From assembly GCA_965226495.1 (NCBI GenBank), contig OZ245365.1, positions 2,176,001 through 2,240,000 of the forward strand: DNA of 64,000 nucleotides. The letters are read 5' to 3'. Shown here one piece after another: positions 29,304 through 38,738 of this stretch. Made by a program: the position numbers and the translations under genes. The first letter of the stretch is position 1. Each line of letters begins with the position of its first letter. The stretch comes from Candidatus Marinacidobacterales bacterium. Lineage in GTDB: Bacteria; Acidobacteriota; Vicinamibacteria; Marinacidobacterales; DATDRI01. The notes under the pieces were generated by a model that saw only the letters and a program-made list of their open reading frames with translations, was not told the DNA's origin and made no database searches.

Positions 29304-30947
29304 TCAACTCTCTGCCAGAAGACGCTCTACCACACCCGCGAGAGCGGCGAAGCTTTCGTCAGTGAAGCCCTCTACGCGGTAGCGCAACCGTCCGTTGCGG
29401 TCGATGACAACGCTCGTCGGATAGGTCAGAACCTCGTACTCATCGGCAAGTCCGTCGTCGATGAGTGCGGGATAACTCATGCCGATCTCTTCGACGAAGG
29501 CGGGAAGGTCCTTGGGCTCATCCCCGTAGTCGGCACCGAGCACGACGAGGCCCGCACGTCGCCATTTCCGATCGAGCTCGACGAGCCGAGGAATTTCGTC
29601 GCGACAACGCGTACACCAGATACCCCAAAAGTTCAGGAGCACAACTTTCCCCAACAAGTCCTCGAGCCGATAGTCATAGCCGTCGATTCCCACTGCCGCG
29701 AAACTCCGGGCGGGCTCGTCGAGAAGAGCAACCTCGCTGGTGACTCTGGCGATGCGCACTTGGGAAGGACCGCTGCGCTCGTAAGAATCCGTCCACGAGA
29801 TGAAGATCTCGTCACCGAAGCGGGCGATACGAGGGAATCCACTTGCCCGTCCCGAGCCCGTCTTGGCGACGCCGAGTGACGTTCCTACGTCTCCCGATGA
29901 CGAAACCTTCTTGATGCGAACTTCCCCGTCACGCCCTTCGAGCCTCTCTACCCACGACACAAAGACGTCGTCCCCGAGAGACTCGCCCCACTCGATGTCG
30001 ACGCGCCCGATGGCGTTGCCGTCGTCGACGCGCACCGGCTCGCCGAAGCTCGCGCCACTGTCGTCCGAGAACATAACGTACACACGAGGGGTGTCGCCCG
30101 AAGCCGTGAACCAAGCGACCGCGACACGGTTGCCCTCGGCAGCGACTCGGGGGCCGTTGACGGGACAGCCCGGAAGGTACCATCCGTCCTCGTTCAAGGT
30201 CGCCGGCTTGGTCCAAGTGCCATCGACGTAGCGTACGTAGCTTATGTCGCGAATCTCTTCGCCGGAGCGGTCCCGATAAGCAACGAACAAACCGCTGTCG
30301 GTTCGAGCCATGCCGGTCTGGCAGCACTCGCATACCCGGCCATCGAGGAGAACGTCCCCGCCGAAACCTTCGTCGTAGATGGTGAACCTGAGGGTCATCT
30401 CGTTGTCGCCCGCACCTTTTTTGACCTCGCGGCCGTCGAGCCACACGGCGGCGAAGCTGCTTTCGCCCTGCGCCACCATTGAGACGAAGCCGTGCTCGCT
30501 GAGCGTGCCATCCCGGTGGGGCCGCTCCGGTTTACTCCAACTTTTACCGTCGTCGTCCGAGATGGCCATCCACACGTCGTACTCGTAGGTACCGTTTCCC
30601 GCTTTCTCCAGCCAATGCGCTGCGAGACGGCCGTTACCCCAAGGCAACACCGACGCAAAGTCGGCCCAGTTGGCGAAGAAGCGGTCCGAGGCGTGGATCG
30701 ACTGGGCTTTGTCGAACGCGGTTCCGTTCCATCGGGAGACGCGCAGCTCGTGCCCGTCCTCGGTCCGCTCGAGCCAGCTCAGATAGAGCGCATCTCCGGA
30801 GCTTGCGAGGTGGGGTGTCAAGCTCGCCTGTGGCGCCGGCGTTTCGATCATGGCCACGCGCATCCGATCCGCCGCGAACGAGGGCGCGGTTGCCGCGAGG
30901 CTTATGGCCAAACCCATCCATAAATGATGGGCGCTCCTCGTGACCAT
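29304..30947 (-). CDS. Exported BNR/sialidase-like propeller fused to a TlpA-type thioredoxin domain
   Basis: Signal peptide; Asp-boxes SDDDGKSW and SDDSGASF; NWADF, CECC, CPVNGP; C-terminal GKVVLLNFWGIWCTRCRDEIP...YPTSVVID. Confidence 0.85.
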   Translation of the reverse strand: MVTRSAHHLWMGLAISLAATAPSFAADRMRVAMIETPAPQASLTPHLASSGDALYLSWLERTEDGHELRVSRWNGTAFDKAQSIHASDRFFANWADFASVLPWGNGRLAAHWLEKAGNGTYEYDVWMAISDDDGKSWSKPERPHRDGTLSEHGFVSMVAQGESSFAAVWLDGREVKKGAGDNEMTLRFTIYDEGFGGDVLLDGRVCECCQTGMARTDSGLFVAYRDRSGEEIRDISYVRYVDGTWTKPATLNEDGWYLPGCPVNGPRVAAEGNRVAVAWFTASGDTPRVYVMFSDDSGASFGEPVRVDDGNAIGRVDIEWGESLGDDVFVSWVERLEGRDGEVRIKKVSSSGDVGTSLGVAKTGSGRASGFPRIARFGDEIFISWTDSYERSGPSQVRIARVTSEVALLDEPARSFAAVGIDGYDYRLEDLLGKVVLLNFWGIWCTRCRDEIPRLVELDRKWRRAGLVVLGADYGDEPKDLPAFVEEIGMSYPALIDDGLADEYEVLTYPTSVVIDRNGRLRYRVEGFTDESFAALAGVVERLLAES

Positions 30948-31174
30948 CGGCCTACTCACGCTGCACCTCCTGTCTCTCGTCGACGCGACGCGCGCCGTGT
31001 TCACGGACACGATGGCTCATTTCTATTTCGCCGGAATTTCCGGGAGTATCAAGCGGGCCGTCCTCTGGCAAAAATACACGAGGATGCAACCGAAGTCTAG
31101 GTAGAGCCAGGCGAAGGCTACACCACGCCTGATCCGATAGAGACGGAAAACATTAGTGTCTCCTCCCGAAAACT

Positions 31175-31266
31175 TCTCGCGCCATTCGACGAAAATCGAG
31201 AGCAACGTCTGCTCCTGGCACCACAACATACGGGAGTGGTTGGGGGAGGCTTTCTATCTGCGGTAG
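31175..31266 (+). repeat. Degenerate direct copy of the 3' end of the MFS/spermidine-synthase gene
   Basis: 31175-31214 matches 23535-23574 (34/40) and 31215-31266 matches 23652-23703 (46/52). The 77 nt between the two blocks are missing from the copy. Confidence 0.9.
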
Positions 31267-31275
31267 AGATTCTGC

Positions 31276-32157
31276 TCAACGCCCCAGGACGTTCAACAAT
31301 TTGTCGGGGTGGTTGGTAAGGATACCGTCGACTCCAAGCTCGACGAACCGTTTCATTTCATCCACTTCGTTCACCGTCCAAACGTAGACACGAATGTTCC
31401 GACCTCGGGATTGGCGAAGGAATTGCGGCGCCACGATCTCGAGGTCTCCGAGACGCGGCGGCACTTCGAAGGCCTTCGCTGCGCCCCGATAGAGATTTCC
31501 TAGGTGGAGTTTGTGGGTCCACATGAACATCCGAATTTCCGTTGCCGTGGCGGAGGTCGCGACTTCCGGGCATTCGGCGCGAAAGTCTCTCATCGTCGAA
31601 GGATCGAAAGACGCCACCAACACCCTTTGCTCCATCCCGTAGGCTTGGATCATTTGGCAGAGCGGAGCGGACAGATGTGGGTTGGATTGTTTGATCTCGA
31701 CGTTCAGCTTCATGTGCGGAAACCTTTGGAAAACCTCTTCCAAGGTTGGAACGCGGAAGCTTTTTCCTCGGAAGGGGTAGCTTGCTCCTCCGTCCTTCGT
31801 CCAGTGGTAGCCTGCGTCGAGCGCCTGAATTTCCGAGAGTGGTTGTTCGCGGATGGCGCCAGTCCCGTTGGTGGTTCGGTCGAGCGACGCGTCGTGGCAA
31901 ACAACTAAGACGTCATCGGCAGTACTGTGGACGTCCATTTCGAGAACATCGACACCCAGAGCCGTCGCCCCTTGGAAAGCACGGAGCGTGTTCTCGGGCC
32001 ACAAAGCGCTTCCACCGCGATGAGCGATGACCATTGGTCCTTCCGACTCGAAAAAAGGGTGCTCTGGAACGGGCCTGGCCCGCATTAGAAGAGTCGTATA
32101 GGAAACGATTGCCGCGATGACGATGATTACCGCAAGCCAATATAACTTCTTCCGCAT
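31276..32157 (-). CDS. Glycerophosphodiester phosphodiesterase (membrane-anchored)
   Basis: IAHRGG...PENT, EMDV, HD.SLDRTT, NVEIK, WTVN, GVDGILTN. Confidence 0.93.
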   Translation of the reverse strand: MRKKLYWLAVIIVIAAIVSYTTLLMRARPVPEHPFFESEGPMVIAHRGGSALWPENTLRAFQGATALGVDVLEMDVHSTADDVLVVCHDASLDRTTNGTGAIREQPLSEIQALDAGYHWTKDGGASYPFRGKSFRVPTLEEVFQRFPHMKLNVEIKQSNPHLSAPLCQMIQAYGMEQRVLVASFDPSTMRDFRAECPEVATSATATEIRMFMWTHKLHLGNLYRGAAKAFEVPPRLGDLEIVAPQFLRQSRGRNIRVYVWTVNEVDEMKRFVELGVDGILTNHPDKLLNVLGR

Positions 32158-32229
32158 TGCCCATCAGTATGTAGCCAGTTTCTCAAAACGCCAAGGAACG
32201 CTGGGAGTGTCAATAGTGTCCTAGATTTA

Positions 32230-33159
32230 CTAGCCCCACCGATCCCCGGGCGATAGATGTTGGCCGCTTGCGAAGGCTGTCGCCGGCATGCGCTTCTTGC
32301 CCTCGGCTTGGAGCTCCAGCAATCGCAAGCATGTTCCTCCTCCGCACCCCACGAGAATGCCTTCCCGGTCTACGGAAATCGTTTCCCCCGCTGTCGCTTC
32401 GTCCGTAGGAATAACGGCGGCACCCCATAGCTTGACCTTCTTGCCGCTCACGGTCGTGTGGGCTACCGGCCACGGAATGAAGCCGCGGACGGCGCGCTCG
32501 ATTTCGACGGCAGTTTGATTCCAGTTGACGAACGCGTCGACCTGTTTGATGCGTGGCGCGAGCGTGGCGCGCATATCGTCCTGCGGAATCGGTGTGATGC
32601 TTCCCGTTCCCCATCGTCGCAGCGTTTCTAGAACGAGATCTGCGCCCACCCGAGCGAGCTTGTCTTCCAACGTGCGACTGGTGTCGTCCGGCTCGATCGA
32701 GAGCTTCTCTTGCAGAAGAATCGCCCCGGTATCGAGTCCCTCGTCCATAAGCATAGTCGTGATGCCCGTCTCGGTCTCGCCTCGGACGATGGCCCATTGG
32801 ATGGGCGCCGCGCCTCGATAGGCGGGCAGAATGGAGCCGTGGATATTAATGATGCCCTTGCTGGGAATGTCGAGGATAGATTTTGGAATGATCTGACCAT
32901 AGGCGGCTACTACGATGCATTCGGGGGCGAGCTCCTGAATCAACGACACGCTTTCCGGCTCGCGAATCCTCTTTGGCTGATGCACGCGGACCGAGTGTTC
33001 CAGGACGAGCTCTTTGGTTGGGGGTGAGCGAAGCTCATGGCCGCGCCCCGCCGGTTTGTCGGGCTGTGTGAAGAGGGTCAGAACTTCGTGCGAGGAGTCG
33101 AGGAGGACACGAAGGGAAGGGACGGCGAAGCGTCCGGAGCCCATGAAGAGTAACTTCAT
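32230..33159 (-). CDS. fmt: Methionyl-tRNA formyltransferase
   Basis: TQPDKPAGRG, AYGQI, NIHGSILP.YRGAAPIQ, LDTG, Q.EGKK.M. Confidence 0.97.
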   Translation of the reverse strand: MKLLFMGSGRFAVPSLRVLLDSSHEVLTLFTQPDKPAGRGHELRSPPTKELVLEHSVRVHQPKRIREPESVSLIQELAPECIVVAAYGQIIPKSILDIPSKGIINIHGSILPAYRGAAPIQWAIVRGETETGITTMLMDEGLDTGAILLQEKLSIEPDDTSRTLEDKLARVGADLVLETLRRWGTGSITPIPQDDMRATLAPRIKQVDAFVNWNQTAVEIERAVRGFIPWPVAHTTVSGKKVKLWGAAVIPTDEATAGETISVDREGILVGCGGGTCLRLLELQAEGKKRMPATAFASGQHLSPGDRWG

Positions 33160-33174
33160 GTAGAGCCTAAGGGG

Positions 33175-33687
33175 CTACCAGCTGCCCTGGCGAATTTGCT
33201 TCTTGATCTTTCGCTTGAGGAGATCCCGTTTGAGGATTCCTAATCTTTCGATGAACAGCTTGCCGTCGAGGTGATCGATCTCGTGGCAAAAGGCACGCGC
33301 CAGAAGCTCCGTGCCTTCTCTCGTGAACTCGTTGCCTTTGAGGTCTTGACCCCTGACCTTGACCCTTGCCGGTCGCACCACCACGCCGTGGTAACCAGGC
33401 ACGGATAGACAGCCTTCCTCTTCTTGTTGTTCGTCTGCCTGCTCCAGCATTTCGGGATTCGCCATGACGACGAGCGCCTCGGGGTCCTCGCCGGACGAGG
33501 TATCGATGACTATGAGGCGGACGTTGAGGCCGATTTGCGGAGCCGCCAGGCCGACACCGGGAGCCGCGTACATGGTTTGCACCATGTCGCGCGCGAGCTC
33601 TTCCAGGGAGTCAGCGAATTCGGTGAGGGGCTCGGAGAGCTTGGCGAGCTCGGGAGCGCTGTACTTGAGAATGGGTCTAATAGACAT
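33175..33687 (-). CDS. def: Peptide deformylase
   Basis: GVGLAAPQ, EGCLS, HEIDHLDG. Confidence 0.97.
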   Translation of the reverse strand: MSIRPILKYSAPELAKLSEPLTEFADSLEELARDMVQTMYAAPGVGLAAPQIGLNVRLIVIDTSSGEDPEALVVMANPEMLEQADEQQEEEGCLSVPGYHGVVVRPARVKVRGQDLKGNEFTREGTELLARAFCHEIDHLDGKLFIERLGILKRDLLKRKIKKQIRQGSW

Positions 33688-33696
33688 AATTTAGTG

Positions 33697-34067
33697 CTCG
33701 CTCGGCTCTTCGCCTCGCTCGCGCCCAAAACCACGGCCGCTTCCCTTGCGCACCGTATCTTACTAGCGCAATTCCTCGCGGCCGACCGTCGCTGACGCGC
33801 CGGTGAACGGCCTCGCTCGGCTCTTCGATCAATGCCTCGTCGCTCCTCGCGACTCGGCTTGCCGCTTCGGGCGTTCGCCCTGCGCGGCGGCTGAAGGCTC
33901 GCTCTTCGATAAGGGCGTTGGGGCCCCACCCCCAACGCCTGATGCTCCGTCGACTTCGCGACTGCGCATCGGCTCAGGGCTGTGCTCGGGCGTTGGGGCC
34001 CCACCCCCAACGCCTGATGCTCCGTCGACTTCGCGACTGCGCATCGGCTCAGGGCTGTGCTCGGGCG
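33697..34067. repeat. Intergenic REP-like mosaic including an exact 75-bp tandem duplication
   Basis: Units 33913-33987 and 33988-34062 are identical, each with hairpin GGCGTTGGGG-N6-CCCCAACGCC. CTCGCTCGGCTCTTCG occurs at 33697 and 33812. Confidence 0.9.
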
Positions 34068-34083
34068 ACAGAACCACGGGAGC

Positions 34084-35277
34084 CTAGCTCTTCTCTGCCC
34101 GTTCCCGCAGGACTTGGTCGATGCGCCGCATGTGAGCGGCGTGGTTCGTTAGGGTTTCCGTCAGGCTATCGCCACCGAACTTCTCGATCGCCGCATCGGC
34201 GAGCGTAAGCGCCACCATCGCCTCGCCCACGACGCCCGCCGCCGGAACTGCGCAGATGTCCGAACGAACGCGTGCCGCCTCGATCGGCTTCATCGTTCGA
34301 ATATCGACCGACCGGAGCGGCTTCCGCAGCGACGACAGAGGTTTCATATAGGCTCTTATCCGGAGCTCCTGACCGTTTGTCACGCCGCCTTCGAGGCCCC
34401 CCGCATTATTGCTTCCTCGGTAAAGCCCTTTCGACGACGAGTAAAAGATTTCGTCGTGGAGGGCGGACCCGAGAGTAGACGCCGAATCGACGCCGCGTCC
34501 GAAGCCCATCGCCTTCATCGCCGGGATGGATAAAATGGCTTGCGCTAGACGCCCGTCGAGTTTTCGGTCCCACTGGATGTAGGAGCCCAAACCCGGCGGG
34601 GGAGTATGCGCGACGATCTCGATGACGCCTCCCAGGGTGTCCCTTTCCTGTGTCGCGCGATCGACTTCTTCGACCATTTTTTTTTCGAGCTCCGCATCGG
34701 CGCAATTGAGTGGCGCGTCCTCCGAGATCGCGATTATCTCTTCCCAGGCAACTTCCGGAGCTTCGTTCGGCACCTGCACCGAGCCCACGCCGACGACGTG
34801 ACTTCGGATCTCACATTCGAGATGTTTCAAAAACTGCTTTGCCACCGCACCGGCGGCGACCCGGGCCGCGGTTTCGCGAGCACTGGCTCGTTCCAAAATG
34901 TTTCGAAAGTCGTCGACTCCGTACTTCAATGCTCCCGCGAGGTCCGCGTGGCCGGGACGTGGGTTCACGAGCTCCGCGCTGGTGCCCGCCGGCGGCTCCT
35001 CATACGGCGACAGCTTGTCCTTCCAGTTCTTCCAGTCTTTATTGTGGATGAGAAAACTAATGGGGCCGCCCGTCGTTTGACCACTGCGAAGACCACCGAG
35101 GACTTCCACTCGGTCTTGCTCGATCTTCATTCGGGCTCCTCGGCCGTATCCTCTCTGGCGGCGTGCCAATTCGCGATTGATAGCGTCGAAGTCCAGCTCC
35201 ATACCGGCTGGCAAGCCTTCCAGGATCACGTTCAAGGCCGGGCCATGCGATTCGCCCGCGGTCATCAAGCGCAACAT
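34084..35277 (-). CDS. aroC: Chorismate synthase
   Basis: TAGESHG, RRQRGYGRG, PRPGHADL, ERASARETA, NNAGGLEGG, RSD.CAVP. Confidence 0.97.
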   Translation of the reverse strand: MLRLMTAGESHGPALNVILEGLPAGMELDFDAINRELARRQRGYGRGARMKIEQDRVEVLGGLRSGQTTGGPISFLIHNKDWKNWKDKLSPYEEPPAGTSAELVNPRPGHADLAGALKYGVDDFRNILERASARETAARVAAGAVAKQFLKHLECEIRSHVVGVGSVQVPNEAPEVAWEEIIAISEDAPLNCADAELEKKMVEEVDRATQERDTLGGVIEIVAHTPPPGLGSYIQWDRKLDGRLAQAILSIPAMKAMGFGRGVDSASTLGSALHDEIFYSSSKGLYRGSNNAGGLEGGVTNGQELRIRAYMKPLSSLRKPLRSVDIRTMKPIEAARVRSDICAVPAAGVVGEAMVALTLADAAIEKFGGDSLTETLTNHAAHMRRIDQVLRERAEKS

Positions 35278-35370
35278 TTCGTAAAGCTACACTGGCTTGA
35301 GACTTAGAGTCAATCGACGCGTGAGTGGGGTGGCTCTCGCCGCCGTCTACCGTTAGGCTATGGCCGTGAA

Positions 35371-37686
35371 ATGATGCAGCTCTTGAGGATTCTGGCGTTG
35401 GCCGGTGGGGTGTCCGCCTTCGCCGTAAGCCAATTGGTAACGCCCGTCTATCGTGCGCGTCCCGAGATTCTGATTCAGCCGCTCTCGGTGTTGATTCCGC
35501 CAGGCGTCGGTCGCGCGGCACTTTTGGGAGCTCTGGGCTTCCTGATGGCGTGGTTCTTGGAGTCGTTGTTCTACCTAATCGTTCTTCGATTTCCGTGGAG
35601 GAAGGCTCTGCGTGACAGCCTCGGCTCTTATGCTCCGTTGACTGCGCTACTCGTATACTCCTTGCTCTTGTTACCTGGAATGCCGGGAGTTCCGATGTTG
35701 GGCTGGTGGCTTCTATTGCATGCGAGTCCATGGGTTCTGACCGTTATTGGCGCCGCTCTCGTGTACCGGAAGGGCGCTTTCCTGCTCGCCCATCTCGGAG
35801 GTTTTCCGCCGGTGCGCCGGCTCGCGCGTGGCCCGCTCGCGACCATCCTTTACGGGGTTGGACTGCTGGCGGTTTTGATCGCCCTGACTCCAGAGAGGCG
35901 ATTCAGCGAGCCCTACGACGAGCGTTGGGGCACCGGAGACGAGCCGCGCTACGTCCGGATCACAGCCAGCCTTCTTTACGACGGAGATGCGAACATCGCG
36001 AACGCCGCTGAGCACATCGGACGGAGGGCGGAACCGCTTCGTTTCGGCTCCTACGTGGTGAGTTGGACCGCCTCCACTTTCTCGACGATCAGAGACGTTG
36101 CCGTGGCTGCGATGGGCGAGTCTCTCGGTGAGCCCGAAAGCTTAGGAGGCCAAGTGATTCGAGGGAAAGACGGCGGCACCTACTACGTCTACCTGCCGGG
36201 CTTTCCTTTGCTCATCGTGCCGTCGATGGCACTGGATTCGGTCTTTTTTCCGGGCATGCTGCCTCTGGTGATCTTTTTTTGTCTCGTCCTTGGGGTGGTG
36301 ACGGCCATTGTCATTGCTCGGCTGACCGAACCGTACGTCGGAGATCGTTGCGACGCCTATCTCTTGATGGCCTGTCTTAGCCTCACGCCGCCGCTTTTCT
36401 TCTACAACTTCCAGGTTTACCCCGAGATGACGGCGGCCCTTTGTCTAGCTGTGATTCTTAAGTTGTTGCTCGCTCGAAGGGTCGGTTTCGGCGGTGCGGT
36501 CGTCTTCGGACTCGCCGCGGCGATGCTGCCCTGGCTTCACACGCGCTACTATCCGATACTGGGCGTTTCCGTACTCGCCATGGTTTACCAGATGTGGGGT
36601 GAGCGCGTGAGCTGGAAAGTGGGGCTTTGGGCGATAGGGCTGCCCATCGTTGCTGTGGCTCTACAGTGCCTTTACGTGTTTCACATTGGCGGGTCGCTTC
36701 TTCCCGACACGCTATGGGTCGTGAACGGCTACCCGCGTGGCGGTCATTTTTTCAACCGTGAAGCCCTTTCGGGAGTTTACTATCTTCTCCTCGGGAGAGA
36801 AGAAGGGCTCTTGGTGTACAGCCCTCTCTACGTGCTTGCGATTCCCGGTGCCGTTTCTCTTTGGCGTCGGTCCGGCTTCGCTGCCGTTCTGTCCATCGCG
36901 GTGTTCGTACCGTATCTAATGATTGCGGCCTCTCATGATCAAGGGGGTGCGGGAGCGTGGGCACCCACGAGCCGTTACCTGGTTCCGATGACGCCGATCC
37001 TGGCACTTTGGTTCGCGGCCTGGCTGGGTGTTCCCGAAGTGCGAAGGGCTCGCTGGATGGCGTTTGCTCTCGGCGCGGCGGCTTCGTTTTGGATCGGCCA
37101 AGGGATGTTGGCGGAACGCAACTTCCCGTACGATCGAATCGCTTTCCTGTCTTCCGGAGTCGTGAGTGTGTCCGGGCTGATGGGCTCGGTCTTGGAGCCA
37201 GAGTCATTCTGGCAGCGTGCCACCTATCCGCTCCTCCTCCTGCTCGTACTCGCGACGGTCGCGATGTGGGGATGGAAGGAAAAGGCTCGCTTCGATGGAT
37301 TGGCCGCGTCGATCGTGGCGCTGATCCTTTTGACGGGGTCGGTGTCGGAAGCACGCATGCCAAGCGACGCTTGGACTTCGCCCGCGCGGGGAACGAGCTC
37401 TGCGCGCCTGAGGCCGGGACGCACCGTTGTGTCCGCACTACCTTCGTGTTCTGTGGGCTTGCCTCGTTTACGCTTCGAAGGTGCAGGAGGGGAGTACGCA
37501 GTGACGGTGAGTGGTCACGGTTTCACGAAGCATCTTCGCGTGCCCCCGACCGGGGAGACGGAATTGGAGATCTCGGTGGAGCCGTTCGTGAGGAAGCGCC
37601 GTGGCGAGAAGGAAGAGATCCGCATTGTCGAGCTCAGTCTGGCGGCCGGACACACCCCGCTGGTGTTTCGGGCGGTGTGCCGTTAG
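35371..37686 (+). CDS. Large polytopic membrane protein, probable GT-C fold glycosyltransferase
   Basis: Many TM helices; extracytoplasmic GDEP.Y motif, PGFPLL, YPE, LPWLH.RY, GLLVYSP, RYLVP. Confidence 0.65.
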   Translation: MMQLLRILALAGGVSAFAVSQLVTPVYRARPEILIQPLSVLIPPGVGRAALLGALGFLMAWFLESLFYLIVLRFPWRKALRDSLGSYAPLTALLVYSLLLLPGMPGVPMLGWWLLLHASPWVLTVIGAALVYRKGAFLLAHLGGFPPVRRLARGPLATILYGVGLLAVLIALTPERRFSEPYDERWGTGDEPRYVRITASLLYDGDANIANAAEHIGRRAEPLRFGSYVVSWTASTFSTIRDVAVAAMGESLGEPESLGGQVIRGKDGGTYYVYLPGFPLLIVPSMALDSVFFPGMLPLVIFFCLVLGVVTAIVIARLTEPYVGDRCDAYLLMACLSLTPPLFFYNFQVYPEMTAALCLAVILKLLLARRVGFGGAVVFGLAAAMLPWLHTRYYPILGVSVLAMVYQMWGERVSWKVGLWAIGLPIVAVALQCLYVFHIGGSLLPDTLWVVNGYPRGGHFFNREALSGVYYLLLGREEGLLVYSPLYVLAIPGAVSLWRRSGFAAVLSIAVFVPYLMIAASHDQGGAGAWAPTSRYLVPMTPILALWFAAWLGVPEVRRARWMAFALGAAASFWIGQGMLAERNFPYDRIAFLSSGVVSVSGLMGSVLEPESFWQRATYPLLLLLVLATVAMWGWKEKARFDGLAASIVALILLTGSVSEARMPSDAWTSPARGTSSARLRPGRTVVSALPSCSVGLPRLRFEGAGGEYAVTVSGHGFTKHLRVPPTGETELEISVEPFVRKRRGEKEEIRIVELSLAAGHTPLVFRAVCR

Positions 37687-37704
37687 TAAATTTTGAGTCA
37701 GCCT

Positions 37705-38580
37705 TTAGTCTGGCGGGCGGGTCGCTTGTGGTTCTGGACCCATTTCGACCGGGCGCGCTGGATCCGCACACCACTCGGACCACGAGCCCGGATAGAGTCG
37801 TGCGCCACGGATACCGGCGTGCTCCATGGCGAGTAGATCGTGGCAAGCAGTGACGCCCGATCCGCAGTAAAACACTGTCGCGTCGGGCGACGCACCTTGA
37901 AATACTCTCGCATAGTGCTCTTTCAGCGTCTCGGAAGAAAGGAAGAAGTCGTCTTGGTCGAGATTCTCTTGCCATGGACGATTACGTGCACCGGGAATGT
38001 GTCCTGCGACCGGATCGATGGGCTCCTTGTCGCCCCGATACCGCACCGGATCGCGGGCATCGACGAGCACGCGCGGTGCGCTCTTGTTGACCCTTAGGAG
38101 ATCGGCGAGGTCAATGCGCATGGATGCTTGCGGCCGAGCCTGGAACGAACGGGCACTTCGCTCCTCTCGTCCGCCACGCGTCGGGTGGCCTGCTTTCCCC
38201 CAAGCGCCGAACCCTCCTTCCAAAACTGCGACATGTTCATGGCCGAGATAGCGAAGCATCCACCATGCGCGGGCCGCGATCTGTCCCGCGTTCGCATCGT
38301 ACGCTACCACCTGAACGTTGGTGTCGATCCCCCAGTCAGAAAACTGCCTCTTCATGATCGCGATCTCCGGCAGCGGGTGGCGACCGTTGGTCCCGGTTTT
38401 CGGCGCCGACAGAGCTCGGTCCAGGTGCGCGTAGACCGCTCCGGGAATATGCGACGCGAGATACTCCGACTCACCGCGGTCGGGTTCCGCAAGGTCGAAG
38501 CGGCAGTCGATCACCGCCAGATCGTCTGCCTCGAGTCGATCATTCAGTTCACCGGCAGAGATAAGAGGTCGGTTATGCAT
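37705..38580 (-). CDS. Tandem rhodanese sulfurtransferase (SseA/MST-like)
   Basis: DCRFDL, HIPGA, GRHPLP, AARAWW, DAR..RY.G, GHIPGA, active-site [15 protein letters not shown]. Start may be 38601. Confidence 0.93.
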   Translation of the reverse strand: MHNRPLISAGELNDRLEADDLAVIDCRFDLAEPDRGESEYLASHIPGAVYAHLDRALSAPKTGTNGRHPLPEIAIMKRQFSDWGIDTNVQVVAYDANAGQIAARAWWMLRYLGHEHVAVLEGGFGAWGKAGHPTRGGREERSARSFQARPQASMRIDLADLLRVNKSAPRVLVDARDPVRYRGDKEPIDPVAGHIPGARNRPWQENLDQDDFFLSSETLKEHYARVFQGASPDATVFYCGSGVTACHDLLAMEHAGIRGARLYPGSWSEWCADPARPVEMGPEPQATRPPD

Positions 38581-38704
38581 GTGTTCGCATGTCTTTACCA
38601 TATCGTGTGGTCGCTTGCGATCGACTTGCGCCGAGGTCAGGCGCGCGATTAGGATGGGTTCGACCCACCGCTCGCTACACCAGAGGGGGGGCGGCCACCA
38701 GAGG

Positions 38705-38731
38705 GGGCCTGACGGGCCTGACGGGCCTGAC
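38705..38731. repeat. 3 x 9-bp tandem repeat GGGCCTGAC upstream of msrB
   Basis: Perfect units at 38705, 38714 and 38723, just before the msrB start. Confidence 0.85.
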
Positions 38732-38738
38732 GGGAGAG

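Noticed and set aside
33913-34067. CRISPR array
   Set aside because: The two 75-bp units are identical end to end, so there are no unique spacers, and no cas genes are present.
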